From contig JABHSO010000199.1 in assembly GCA_018669845.1 (NCBI GenBank), forward strand, positions 4,945 through 68,944: a stretch of DNA of 64,000 bases, in the 5' to 3' direction. A program made the translations under genes and the position numbers. Shown here piece after piece: positions 37,601-45,807 of this stretch (the stretch's first letter is position 1; every line of letters begins with the position of its first letter). The stretch comes from Gammaproteobacteria bacterium (GTDB lineage: Bacteria; Pseudomonadota; Gammaproteobacteria; GCA-001735895). The notes under the pieces were generated by a model that worked only from the letters and a program-made list of their open reading frames with translations, had not been told where the DNA came from and did no database searches.

Positions 37601-37755
37601 TCGATCTGGCGATAAGAACGCTGGTTGATTTACAGGCAACAGGACGCATGATTGGCATTATTTCTCATGTGACTGAACTGAAGGAGCAAATGGCTTTAAG
37701 GCTGGATGTTATTAGTTCTAAAACAGGTAGCCATGTAAATATAATAACCGCATGA
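34693..37755 (+). CDS. sbcC: exonuclease SbcC (Rad50-type ATPase)
   Basis: GTG start overlapping the sbcD stop. Walker A GPTGAGKSS, long coiled coil with a CPVCGS zinc hook, LSGGESF signature and Walker B FIDEGFGSLD. Confidence 0.9.
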   Translation: MKPLKLSIQAFGPFAGLQEIDFSLLGQSPLFLINGPTGAGKSSILDAICFALYGKTTADERDASEMRCDQADANTLTEITLDFELAGKQYRVKRSPQQDRPKARGDGFTRHNGEATLWSIDKQGELTLMVARKVKDTNQQIETITGLNVEQFRQVMVLPQGKFRDLLLADSAQREKIFGQLFQTHIYRRIEDQLKQQASVIVHDIRDLENQIKGILQSAELNTENEIEQQFEILKPELKKSLKLKQHANASFQNVLLEKQSSQDIVEKFAELESSKKKLSDLQLQQAGITSKQKVVDAANKAQKIKAQFDELNRQKDQLNKIQQQMIESVQLRDDADREFIFSQKELVKAKKSFEEVDSLKAERQQIESYVNKINQLDSAKKIATESALKESKSSSEFISIQNDVTSVTNKIVSQEKQLGNLHQETSGLGNKQIELVSLQQQSNQREKLAKLQDKIVSGSKQLIQTESEFERLTGIADKSLRQAKQQEMFWHSGQAMNLAKELKQNQPCPVCGSTSHPSPALPDNNQFVISKDQVEQARLQADSDKDKQQKILNQLNELKIKQEQLEKEITELSNQPGMSSELTDHDFNERFESLKLEVQMLVEKQASISTFNETLSGHKLTLQSLNNSLSQIQQLHEKEKQQLLIDQQAVKHLSSDIPEQYQLKTSVVEALERLSTSVKKLTENFEKANSANQQCLTRLTELKTTVEDKNRLSISLRSELEISASDWEQVISNSIFDTEQHFCNALLTEVEQTAISQQITIFIDLLNDLKSIIKLQTKELKDKVEPDMTVVNLAVEESEKNFKIIEQQWLKVDSRVKQLKSVTKKLKQAHTTNKELESRYAIYGVLSDVANGRTSNKISLQRFVLSVLLDDVLIQASQRLSLMSKGRYQLLRRQTSSDNRKVSGLELDIEDAYTGKSRSVSTLSGGESFMAALSLALGLSDVVQAYAGGIKLDTLFIDEGFGSLDQESLDLAIRTLVDLQATGRMIGIISHVTELKEQMALRLDVISSKTGSHVNIITA

Positions 37756-37766
37756 GAAAAATAGTT

Positions 37767-37844
37767 CGCGCGGCGCACCCTACAACCATTCATTCTAAAA
37801 TGGTACGAGTACCCAGATTTAATGTAGGGTGCGCCGTGCGCACC
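37767..37844. repeat. REP-like family A, two inverted half-elements
   Basis: cgcgcggcgcaccctac (37767-37783) and gtagggtgcgccgtgcgcacc (37824-37844) are inverted, 40 bp apart. Same core as the palindrome at 21554. Confidence 0.75.
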
Positions 37845-37949
37845 ATTTTATTATTAAGATTAATTGCACTTGATTGAAATTTGGCAAAATGAAATACTCG
37901 CAACTGTTCCATATGAATTCTTTTGAATACTCTAAATTCCAAAATCATT

Positions 37950-39965
37950 ATGTTTAAATTTTCAATAATGCCTGTAATTATCAGCGCGCTGTTAATCTCT
38001 AGTTGTAGTAGTTTATCTGGAATACAGCCTTCAGAAATTTCGAGCAATCCAGCAATTGATGTTTCAGGCATAAAGTCTGATTTCACTGGAGAAGAATATA
38101 CAGCCCTTTGTGAAGAAGTTCTAAAACAGGCCGGTGAGGATTTCACCTTGATTGAGCAGGATACGTCCATCGCTACGCTAGATTCTGTTATGGGTAAATA
38201 TGAGGGGCTACAGAAAGTTTTACAACGAGTTCGTCAAAGAGGTTATTTAAAGTCAGTTCACCCGGATGAAGATTTACGTGATTCTGCGATGAAGTGTTCA
38301 GAGAAATTTTCAGGATTTTATTCCAGAGTGGGTATGTCCAGGCTTTTCTATAATCGGCTAGCGGCTATCGATTTAACAGATGTCAGTGAAGCTGAGAAAT
38401 TTATGGTCGAAACCACTTTAGAAGATTTTAAACGTGCTGGAGTTAATAAAGATGAACAGACTCGTGAAAAGTTACGCCAGCTAAGAAAAGAGATCAGTGT
38501 TATTGGCAACAAGTTCTCAAAAAATATTCAGGAGGATGTTCGCTCGGTAACAACGACTGTTGATGGCTTGAAAGGTTTACCTGCTGATTATATAAAATCT
38601 CACCCTGCTGACGAAAATGGGCTTGTTACTATCACCACTAATTACCCTGATCTTAGCCCGGTGATGAAATATGCAGAAAGTGATGACCTGCGATATAGAT
38701 TGCGAATAGCATCCCGTTCCCGGGCTTATCCAGATAATGAAAGCATATTAAAAGAGCTTTTAACTAAACGTTATGAACTGGCGCAATTACTGGGCTTTGA
38801 TAACTGGGCCGAATATTCCATGAGCGACAATATGATTGGAGGCCCGAAACAGGCTAGTGAATTCTTAACGACGGTTGGTCACGCGCTTAAAGAACCTGTA
38901 AAAAAGGAACTCGAAATAGAACTGGCGCAACTTCGGCAGATAAATCCAGATGCTGACATTGTTCAGGTATGGCAGTCAGGTTACGTTGATAACCTGATTC
39001 GTAAACAACTATATGATCTCGATGCAAAAGAAGTTCGAGAATATTTTGATTTTCAAAACGTTAGAGATGGAATTTTAAAACTGACTGAAAATTTGTTTGG
39101 TGTAGAAATTAGACCATGGAAAACGATGACCTGGCATGAAGATGTTGAAACTTATGAAATTCTGGAGAATGGAGAATTACTGGGCAGATTTTATTTAGAT
39201 AACCATCCACGAGAAGGTAAATACAAACATGCGGCTCATTTTACTCTGCGCACGGGAATTAAAGACAAGCAAATTCCTTTGTCTGCTTTGGCTCAAAATT
39301 TCCCCAAAGGTTTGATGGAACATGGACAGGTAGAAACATTTTTACATGAGTTTGGGCACCTGTTACATAATATGTTTGCAGGAAAACAAAAGTGGCGTGG
39401 AATGTCCGGCATGGGTGTTGAAAGTGATTTCGTTGAAGCGCCTTCTCAAATGCTGGAAGAGTGGGTTTGGGACTATGACACTTTAAAATCTTTTGCTAAA
39501 AATAAAAATGGTAAAATTATCCCTCGTGAACTAGTTGCTAAAATGAATAAAGCCCGGGATTTTGGACAGGCAACGAGTACAGCAGCCCAGTTGTATTTTG
39601 CTAATCTGTCACTGAGTATTTATGACCGTGATCCAGATAGTTTTGATTTGATGACAATAACTAAAAAATTATCTGCAGAGTTTAGTCCTTATCCTTTTGT
39701 GGAAGGAACAGCATTTTATTGTAATTTTGGACATTTAAGAGGCTACTCGTCTAACTATTATACTTATCAATGGTCACTTGCTATTGCTACCGATATGTTT
39801 TCCAGATTTAAGAAAGAAGGTATTCATAATGCACAGGTTGCCAGAGAATATAGAGAAAAAGTGTTAGCACCTGGTAGCAGTAAACCAGCACGTCAAACTG
39901 TCACTGATTTTCTGGGGCGTGAGTTTTCTACTGAAGCATATATCGAAAAGTTAAAGGCTGGTTGA
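37950..39965 (+). CDS. M3-family zinc metallopeptidase (oligopeptidase A / Dcp-like), lipoprotein
   Basis: HEFGH zinc motif. Lipobox LLISSC after the ATG at 37950, which is preferred to the TTG at 37923. Confidence 0.8.
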   Translation: MFKFSIMPVIISALLISSCSSLSGIQPSEISSNPAIDVSGIKSDFTGEEYTALCEEVLKQAGEDFTLIEQDTSIATLDSVMGKYEGLQKVLQRVRQRGYLKSVHPDEDLRDSAMKCSEKFSGFYSRVGMSRLFYNRLAAIDLTDVSEAEKFMVETTLEDFKRAGVNKDEQTREKLRQLRKEISVIGNKFSKNIQEDVRSVTTTVDGLKGLPADYIKSHPADENGLVTITTNYPDLSPVMKYAESDDLRYRLRIASRSRAYPDNESILKELLTKRYELAQLLGFDNWAEYSMSDNMIGGPKQASEFLTTVGHALKEPVKKELEIELAQLRQINPDADIVQVWQSGYVDNLIRKQLYDLDAKEVREYFDFQNVRDGILKLTENLFGVEIRPWKTMTWHEDVETYEILENGELLGRFYLDNHPREGKYKHAAHFTLRTGIKDKQIPLSALAQNFPKGLMEHGQVETFLHEFGHLLHNMFAGKQKWRGMSGMGVESDFVEAPSQMLEEWVWDYDTLKSFAKNKNGKIIPRELVAKMNKARDFGQATSTAAQLYFANLSLSIYDRDPDSFDLMTITKKLSAEFSPYPFVEGTAFYCNFGHLRGYSSNYYTYQWSLAIATDMFSRFKKEGIHNAQVAREYREKVLAPGSSKPARQTVTDFLGREFSTEAYIEKLKAG

Positions 39966-40012
39966 ATTTAGCTGAAAGTCAGTGGTGTATGAAAAATACG
40001 GGAATGAGCTAA

Positions 40013-40258
40013 ATGAAAATTGATCCTGTTACAATTCCATTAGATAAACTGACACCTGTTCTTAAGAAAGATTTAGACAAAAACTTATGTGTCTGTAATG
40101 AAGTACTTAAGAAAGATATTATCAATGCCATCGTAAATGGAGCTTCAAAGGTAGCTGAAATTAAAACACAGACCTATGCCACAATGGGAACCGGCTGTTG
40201 TACTCAACAGGTAGAACAGTTGATAGAATGTCTTTGCTCAGCAGAAATGGAGAAGTAA
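40013..40258 (+). CDS. BFD-like [2Fe-2S]-binding domain protein
   Basis: 81 aa with Cys pairs in NLCVCNEV and GTGCCTQQ, the BFD-like pattern. Confidence 0.55.
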   Translation: MKIDPVTIPLDKLTPVLKKDLDKNLCVCNEVLKKDIINAIVNGASKVAEIKTQTYATMGTGCCTQQVEQLIECLCSAEMEK

Positions 40259-40285
40259 CTCGCTAGAAACGGTATACTCAATTTA

Positions 40286-41932
40286 TTATATATCCTCTGC
40301 AATCATGGCAATTGCACCACAGGGGCATTCAGCTTCACACATTCCACAGCCTTTGCAGTAATCATATTTAAATTCAAAGCCTTTGCCGACACCCAGTTTG
40401 GTGATGGCATTGTCCGGGCATATTCCATAACAGTTATCACATTCAAAGCAGTTGCCGCAAGACATGCAGCGCCTGGCTTCGTATTTGGCACTGTCCAGGT
40501 CCAGGTCACCGACTACTTCTGCAAATCCGCTTTTACGTCTGACGGCTTCAAGGTATGGCTGAGCTGTTCTAGGGGCATCACTGTAATACCAGGGTTCCAT
40601 TTTATCGAAACTGGCTACTTCATCCTGTGGCACTGGTTGCCAGGTTTGGCCCTGTAACCAGGCATTGATGGTTCTGGCTGCTTTTTTACCATGACCCAGA
40701 GCCGTGGTGACGGATCGTTGAGAGGGTACTGCATCTCCAGCAGCGAATATGCCGTTCTGAGATGTCTGCATAATTTCATCAATTTGAATGGTGTTGTTTT
40801 CGACATTTATCTGTGGATTTTTGTTTAATATCTCTGCATCCACTAATTGACCGATGGCGAGTACAACCACGTCTGCTTCAATGGTTTCGTGTTCACCTGT
40901 TTCGACTACTCTTGATTTACCAGAATAGTATTCTTCACTGGCTTTTAATAGTTCCAGAGTGATTTGATTACCATTTATAGCCTTAATTGAACGCAAGCTT
41001 AAAATACTGGTACCTTCTTCCAGAGCTTCTTTTATTTCAAAGGGGTGTGCTGACATATTATCCTGTTCGTAGCGACTGACCACTACTACATCTTGTGCAC
41101 CCATGCGAACTGCGGTTCGAGCTACATCCATGGCTGAGTTTCCTCCGCCATAAACAACCACGCGGCCGATTAACTGGTTGCGCATTTCTTGTTCGGTGTC
41201 ACGTAATACTTTTAATGCATCAAGTACCTGAATGCTGGACTCTCCTTCAAATTTAATATGATTTGATTTCTGAGCACCGATGCAGATTAATGCAGCATCA
41301 AAATTTCCCTCTTCTCGAGTTTTATCAATATCTTCAATGCGCTGTCTGAATTTAAATTTGACACCCATTTGTTCAATTCGATAAATTTCAGCATTTAGTT
41401 TCTCACGGGGAAGACGGTATTTTGGAATGCCATAACGCATCATGCCACCGGGCTTTTCGGATGCTTCGAAAATAGTCACCTGATGGCCAAATAGGCGTAA
41501 ATGATAAGCTGCCGCCAGACCAGCAGGGCCAGAGCCAATAATCATTACTTTCTTACCGGTATCTTTTCCGGCAGTAAACTGCCAGTTGTTTACCAGTCCC
41601 TGTTCACCAATAAACCGTTCGACTGAATTTATGCCAACGGGTAAATCGAGTTCTCCCCGGTTGCAGGTGTTTTCGCAGGGGTGGTAGCAAACCCGTCCCA
41701 TAATGGCTGGGAAAGGATTGTCTTTGGTGAGTAGTTCCCAGGCGGCTTTATAATTTTCTTCTTCTGTCAGGCTTAACCAGCCCTGGATATTTTCACCGCA
41801 GGGGCAGGCTTTATTACAGGGTGGCATGCGATTCACATACAGTGGTTTCATGCTGCGCCAGCTGCCTGTTTTATTGAGGTGGCTGGTTCCTACATCCAGG
41901 GTAATGGCAAAAGGTTTGTTTTGTTCAGTCAT
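40286..41932 (-). CDS. GltD-like NAD(P)H flavoprotein carrying PorD-like N- and C-terminal elements (2x[4Fe-4S])
   Basis: N-terminal NKTGSWRSMKP (delta-subunit-like leader). GltD core (PFPAIMGRVCYHPCENTC, KKVMIIGSGPAGLAAA, MMRYGIPKYRLP, VVVYGGGNSAMD). C-terminal CMSCGNCFECDNC...CKGCGMCEAECP. Confidence 0.8.
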   Translation of the reverse strand: MTEQNKPFAITLDVGTSHLNKTGSWRSMKPLYVNRMPPCNKACPCGENIQGWLSLTEEENYKAAWELLTKDNPFPAIMGRVCYHPCENTCNRGELDLPVGINSVERFIGEQGLVNNWQFTAGKDTGKKVMIIGSGPAGLAAAYHLRLFGHQVTIFEASEKPGGMMRYGIPKYRLPREKLNAEIYRIEQMGVKFKFRQRIEDIDKTREEGNFDAALICIGAQKSNHIKFEGESSIQVLDALKVLRDTEQEMRNQLIGRVVVYGGGNSAMDVARTAVRMGAQDVVVVSRYEQDNMSAHPFEIKEALEEGTSILSLRSIKAINGNQITLELLKASEEYYSGKSRVVETGEHETIEADVVVLAIGQLVDAEILNKNPQINVENNTIQIDEIMQTSQNGIFAAGDAVPSQRSVTTALGHGKKAARTINAWLQGQTWQPVPQDEVASFDKMEPWYYSDAPRTAQPYLEAVRRKSGFAEVVGDLDLDSAKYEARRCMSCGNCFECDNCYGICPDNAITKLGVGKGFEFKYDYCKGCGMCEAECPCGAIAMIAEDI

Positions 41933-41941
41933 GATGAGCCC

Positions 41942-42940
41942 CTAGAGCAGGTTGTAGCGTTTGATATTTTTATCTGCCAAAGCCCGAATTGAGGCCAGTT
42001 GGTGCTGATTTGCCGGTTTTAAAATATGTGAGTAACGACGTTGTAGCTGCAGGTAATCTTCTACAGGAATTCGATAACGTATTTTTGTTGAATTGATTAA
42101 GTCACCATTTTCGGCTTCAAATAATGGTACAAGACCACTTTCAACACCCATACGTGCTAACTTGATGGTTAATGCGGGATCACTACCCCAGCCCAGAGGG
42201 CAGGGCACATTTATTTGAATGTACCTTGCTCCATGGAAGCTCATGGCTTTTTCTACCTTACGTTCCAGGTCGTGTAAATCATGCACGGAAGCCGTCGCTA
42301 CATAAGGAATTTCATGAGCCATGGCGATAGCGGGTAAGAATTTTCCGGTGTTAAAAGAACTGCCGGGGTTATCACCCACGGGCATGGTGGTGGATGTTCT
42401 GGCACCGCCAGGAGTAGCACTGGAACGCTGAACGCCGGTATTCATGTAACCGCCGTTGTCGTAACAGATATAAAGTACATCATCGTTACGATCAAACATG
42501 CCGGACAAAGTGGCAAAGCCAATATCGGTTGAGCCACCATCGCCGCCCTGAGCGATGACTCTGGTTTCGGTGTCACCTTTGGCTTTCAGTGAAGCTGCTA
42601 TACCTGAGGCGACTGAGGCAACATTGCCAAACAGGGAATGAATCCATGGAATATTCCAGGCTGTTTCAGGATAAGGCGTGGTAAATACTTCCAGACAACC
42701 GGTTGCATTTGCAGCGATTATTTTATTATTGGTAGCTCGCATTGCGGCATCCAGAGCATAACGTGCGCCCAGAGCCTGACCACAACCCTGACAGGCTCGA
42801 TGACCTGAGTCTATGGTGTTGCAGCGTTCCTGAGTTGCCTGAACGGTGCGATAATTTTCATCTAATAAGCGGTTACCGACGGTAAAGGTTCCAGTCTGAT
42901 AAAATTTAACCGTTTGATGGTTGGTTCCCTGTTTAGCCAT
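41942..42940 (-). CDS. 2-oxoacid:ferredoxin oxidoreductase beta (TPP-binding) subunit
   Basis: Cluster Cys CQGCG...GC and the TPP motif GGDGGSTDIGF...YDNGGYMNTG. Confidence 0.85.
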   Translation of the reverse strand: MAKQGTNHQTVKFYQTGTFTVGNRLLDENYRTVQATQERCNTIDSGHRACQGCGQALGARYALDAAMRATNNKIIAANATGCLEVFTTPYPETAWNIPWIHSLFGNVASVASGIAASLKAKGDTETRVIAQGGDGGSTDIGFATLSGMFDRNDDVLYICYDNGGYMNTGVQRSSATPGGARTSTTMPVGDNPGSSFNTGKFLPAIAMAHEIPYVATASVHDLHDLERKVEKAMSFHGARYIQINVPCPLGWGSDPALTIKLARMGVESGLVPLFEAENGDLINSTKIRYRIPVEDYLQLQRRYSHILKPANQHQLASIRALADKNIKRYNLL

Positions 42941-42969
42941 TTTTATAACTCTTTCCTGGTAAGGTAGCG

Positions 42970-44226
42970 TTAATGTGTTTTAGATGCGGAAACCACACCC
43001 ATGTCACGGAGAATATTTTCAGCGGTTGATCCCGATGATGGTTCTGATCGCTGCCGGTTTATTTCTTTCTCTACCGTTTCAAGGTCCAGATCCATAAAGG
43101 TTTCATGTTCCAGTTCCCCCTTACTCGCAAGATCAACAATATTTTTCAGTGATTTAACGGTGATGGTACGGCCACCCAGACCTCCGATGATGGAGTTGAT
43201 TTTAATGTGTAAACCATGAGTTGCCATGTGAACCTCACTGGCCAAAACTCCACCCATACCAACAGCAAAACTTTTCTCGAATACGATAATCTGTTTCGCT
43301 GATTTTAATGCGTTTCTTATAGATTTAATTGGAAAAGGTCGGAACGAACGTAAACTTAAAATACCGATAGACTGTCCCTGTTCACGTAACTCGGATGCTA
43401 ATGCCTGTAAAGTTCCAACCACAGAGCCCATCGCGACAAAAACTATATCGGAGCTTTCTGCATCATAAGATTTAACCAGTCCACCTGAGTCCCGACCAAA
43501 TATTTCCTCAAACTGTCTGGCCTGCTTCTCGATAATGGAAAGTGCCTGTTGCTGTTTTTCATGCGCTAGATAACGTACTTCGGTAAATGCATCTGGTCCC
43601 ACCATGGCACCAATAGTCAAAGGTGCTGAGGTATCGAGTAGTTGGCGAGGTATGAAAGAGGGTAAAAACTGATCAACCTGTGATTGTTCGGGCATATCGA
43701 CTCGTGTGATCGCATGGGTCAGGATAAAACCATCCATGTTGACCATGACTGGCAGACTTAAAGCTTCGGCCAGTTTAAAAGCCTGAATATGCACATCAAC
43801 AGCCTGCTGATTATTCTCCACAAATAACTGAATCCAGCCGGCATCACGAACAGACATCGCATCGGAATGATCATTCCAGATATTGATTGGAGCACCGATG
43901 GCTCGATTACCCAAAGTCATGACAATGGGCAGTCCAAGACCGGATGCATTATAAACGGCTTCCATCATATACAGCAGACCCTGGCTGGCGGTTGCTGTAT
44001 AGCTACGGGCACCGGTTGCAGATGAACCGATGCAAACACTCATGGCAGCAAATTCAGACTCTACATTTTCATAGGTGCAGTTTTTTAATTCACCACTTTT
44101 TACCAGCGTGCTGAGATGTTCGACGATATGCGTTTGCGGTGTTATCGGGTAGCAGGGGACTACTTCAGGGCGACATAATGCAACGGCTTTGGCAACGGCT
44201 ATTGAGCCACTTATTTGCTTTAACAT
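42970..44226 (-). CDS. 2-oxoacid:ferredoxin oxidoreductase alpha subunit
   Basis: 418 aa, typical PorA/KorA sequence (YPITPQT near the N-terminus). Confidence 0.85.
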   Translation of the reverse strand: MLKQISGSIAVAKAVALCRPEVVPCYPITPQTHIVEHLSTLVKSGELKNCTYENVESEFAAMSVCIGSSATGARSYTATASQGLLYMMEAVYNASGLGLPIVMTLGNRAIGAPINIWNDHSDAMSVRDAGWIQLFVENNQQAVDVHIQAFKLAEALSLPVMVNMDGFILTHAITRVDMPEQSQVDQFLPSFIPRQLLDTSAPLTIGAMVGPDAFTEVRYLAHEKQQQALSIIEKQARQFEEIFGRDSGGLVKSYDAESSDIVFVAMGSVVGTLQALASELREQGQSIGILSLRSFRPFPIKSIRNALKSAKQIIVFEKSFAVGMGGVLASEVHMATHGLHIKINSIIGGLGGRTITVKSLKNIVDLASKGELEHETFMDLDLETVEKEINRQRSEPSSGSTAENILRDMGVVSASKTH

Positions 44227-44228
44227 GA

Positions 44229-44810
44229 CTAAACTTCCTTTGCCTCTTCAAGTTTTTGCATAATTAGATTATATCCGGCTGTGGTTGCAGTGATATTCGG
44301 TTTAGCAATGCGACTGGGAAATTTCCCCAGTATGGCTTTTTCGAGTGCGGGAATTTGAACCATATGGCTCATGGCTGCAAAAGCTCCGAGCAGTACTGTA
44401 TTGGGTTTGGGTTGTTTAATGTATTTAAGTGCCAGTTCAGTGGCTGGAATAGTCATCACATGATGTTCTGGAAACTGTGATGTTATTTCTTCAATGCCTA
44501 ACTCTGCTGGAGTTTTAGAGCTATTAATCAATAAATATCCTCCCGTTTTGACACCATCGAAAACATTGATGGCATTGAATAAGGTCGGGTCCTGGATAAT
44601 TAGCATATCCGGTTCCATTACAGGTTCGCGAATGGTGATAGCTTCGTCACTGATACGTGCAAAAGCCTGTACAGGCGCCCCCATTCGCTCAGAACCAAAA
44701 CTGGGGAAGGACTGGGAAAATTTGCCTTCTTCAAATGCGGCAACGGATAGCAGTTCTGAGGCAGAGACTACGCCCTGACCACCGCGTCCATGAATTCGAA
44801 TTTGGAACAT
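44229..44810 (-). CDS. 2-oxoacid:ferredoxin oxidoreductase gamma subunit
   Basis: MFQIRIHGRGGQGVV N-terminus typical of PorG/KorC. First gene of the operon. Confidence 0.85.
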   Translation of the reverse strand: MFQIRIHGRGGQGVVSASELLSVAAFEEGKFSQSFPSFGSERMGAPVQAFARISDEAITIREPVMEPDMLIIQDPTLFNAINVFDGVKTGGYLLINSSKTPAELGIEEITSQFPEHHVMTIPATELALKYIKQPKPNTVLLGAFAAMSHMVQIPALEKAILGKFPSRIAKPNITATTAGYNLIMQKLEEAKEV

Positions 44811-45132
44811 GATTTAGCCTGATTGAATAGAAAAAATAAATAAATAGAAAGTGATTAAAGTTTAGCAAAAAATCTGTAGAGTGCTGATATATTTTGAACT
44901 TGAATGGCGTAATGTAAATGGTGTAATTATTGTTTGGAATTATATGCTTACTGTTGTTAGGAATATGCTGTTCAAGCAATTTATTCCTCAGTTACTAAAT
45001 ATAGCCAAAAAGTATTTGAGAGCGCAGCATATGCGGAAAGACTGGCTATTAAAAATGATATAGATCAATGGTTAGTGGGTGCATTTTGTTTAGTATTCCT
45101 GACTTGATCTAATATATTTTCAGGGTTTAATT

Positions 45133-45618
45133 TTGGTCTCTAGAAGGCAGATATTGCAGGGTGTTTTATCGGGGCATCGCGGACAGTTTTATCCGCCCTG
45201 GTCGATTCAATTGAAACGTTTCATTGAGTTATGTACTCAATGTGATGATTGTATAAAAAGTTGCCCTCAGCATATTCTAAAACGGAATAACGAGGGCTAT
45301 CCGGTGGTTGATTATGCTCTTGCCGGTTGTACTTTTTGTGGTGAATGTGCCAACGCCTGTAAAACAGGCAGCCTGTCCTTAATGGAATTTATCGGTGCAG
45401 AGCCCTGGACTGTAAAAGCAGTAATTACCAGGCATTGCGTAAATTTTAACGGAACTGTATGCCAGATGTGTTCAGCTGGCTGCCCGTTTAATGCCATAAA
45501 ATTCCGCGTCCATAGTGGCAATATGACACTGCCAGAAATAGATTTAGAGGAGTGTAATGGATGTGGAGACTGTTACCGCAGTTGCCCTAAACTGGCAATT
45601 GATATAAAACAACTTTAA
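45133..45618 (+). CDS. napF: NapF-like polyferredoxin
   Basis: TTG start. SRRQILQG N-terminus followed by four Cys clusters, collinear with E. coli NapF as I recall it. No other nap genes are in the window. Confidence 0.6.
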   Translation: MVSRRQILQGVLSGHRGQFYPPWSIQLKRFIELCTQCDDCIKSCPQHILKRNNEGYPVVDYALAGCTFCGECANACKTGSLSLMEFIGAEPWTVKAVITRHCVNFNGTVCQMCSAGCPFNAIKFRVHSGNMTLPEIDLEECNGCGDCYRSCPKLAIDIKQL

Positions 45619-45628
45619 TTTAAGGCTT

Positions 45629-45729
45629 TTACCACGAAGACACGAAGCTCTCGAAGTAAATAAATCACTCTAATATTCTGAAATTAATTTATGACCACAA
45701 AATAGTTTACCTTCGCGTACTTTGTGGTG
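45629..45729. repeat. REP-like family B (CACGAAG sub-repeats) as an inverted pair
   Basis: ttaccacgaagacacgaagctctcgaag (left arm) and ccttcgcgtactttgtggtg (45710-45729, right arm, inverted). A related copy lies at 55727-55796. Confidence 0.75.
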
Positions 45730-45807
45730 AATAGCTTTTTCTATCTGAATGCTGAAGAGTTACATTTATCCAAATATAACTGAAGGTCTGCGGTGATCAG
45801 GATTCCT

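Noticed and set aside
37790-38170. 126-aa minus-strand ORF
   Set aside because: It spans the family A REP element (the MVRTAHPT stretch is REP-derived) and is antisense to the 5' end of the M3 peptidase gene, which has a lipobox and the HEFGH motif.
44731-45063. ORFs of 82 aa (minus) and 60 aa (plus) in the por/napF intergenic region
   Set aside because: Their translations are AT-rich and low-complexity (Asn/Ile/Phe/Tyr-rich), with no ribosome-binding site or domain signal. They are more likely promoter DNA for the two divergent operons.
45061-45132. Possible sigma-54 promoter TGGTTAGTGGGTGCAT upstream of the napF-like gene
   Set aside because: The GG-to-GC spacing is one nucleotide short of the -24/-12 consensus and the -24 element is poor. 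The two promoters at 59.06 and 59.42 kb fit far better.
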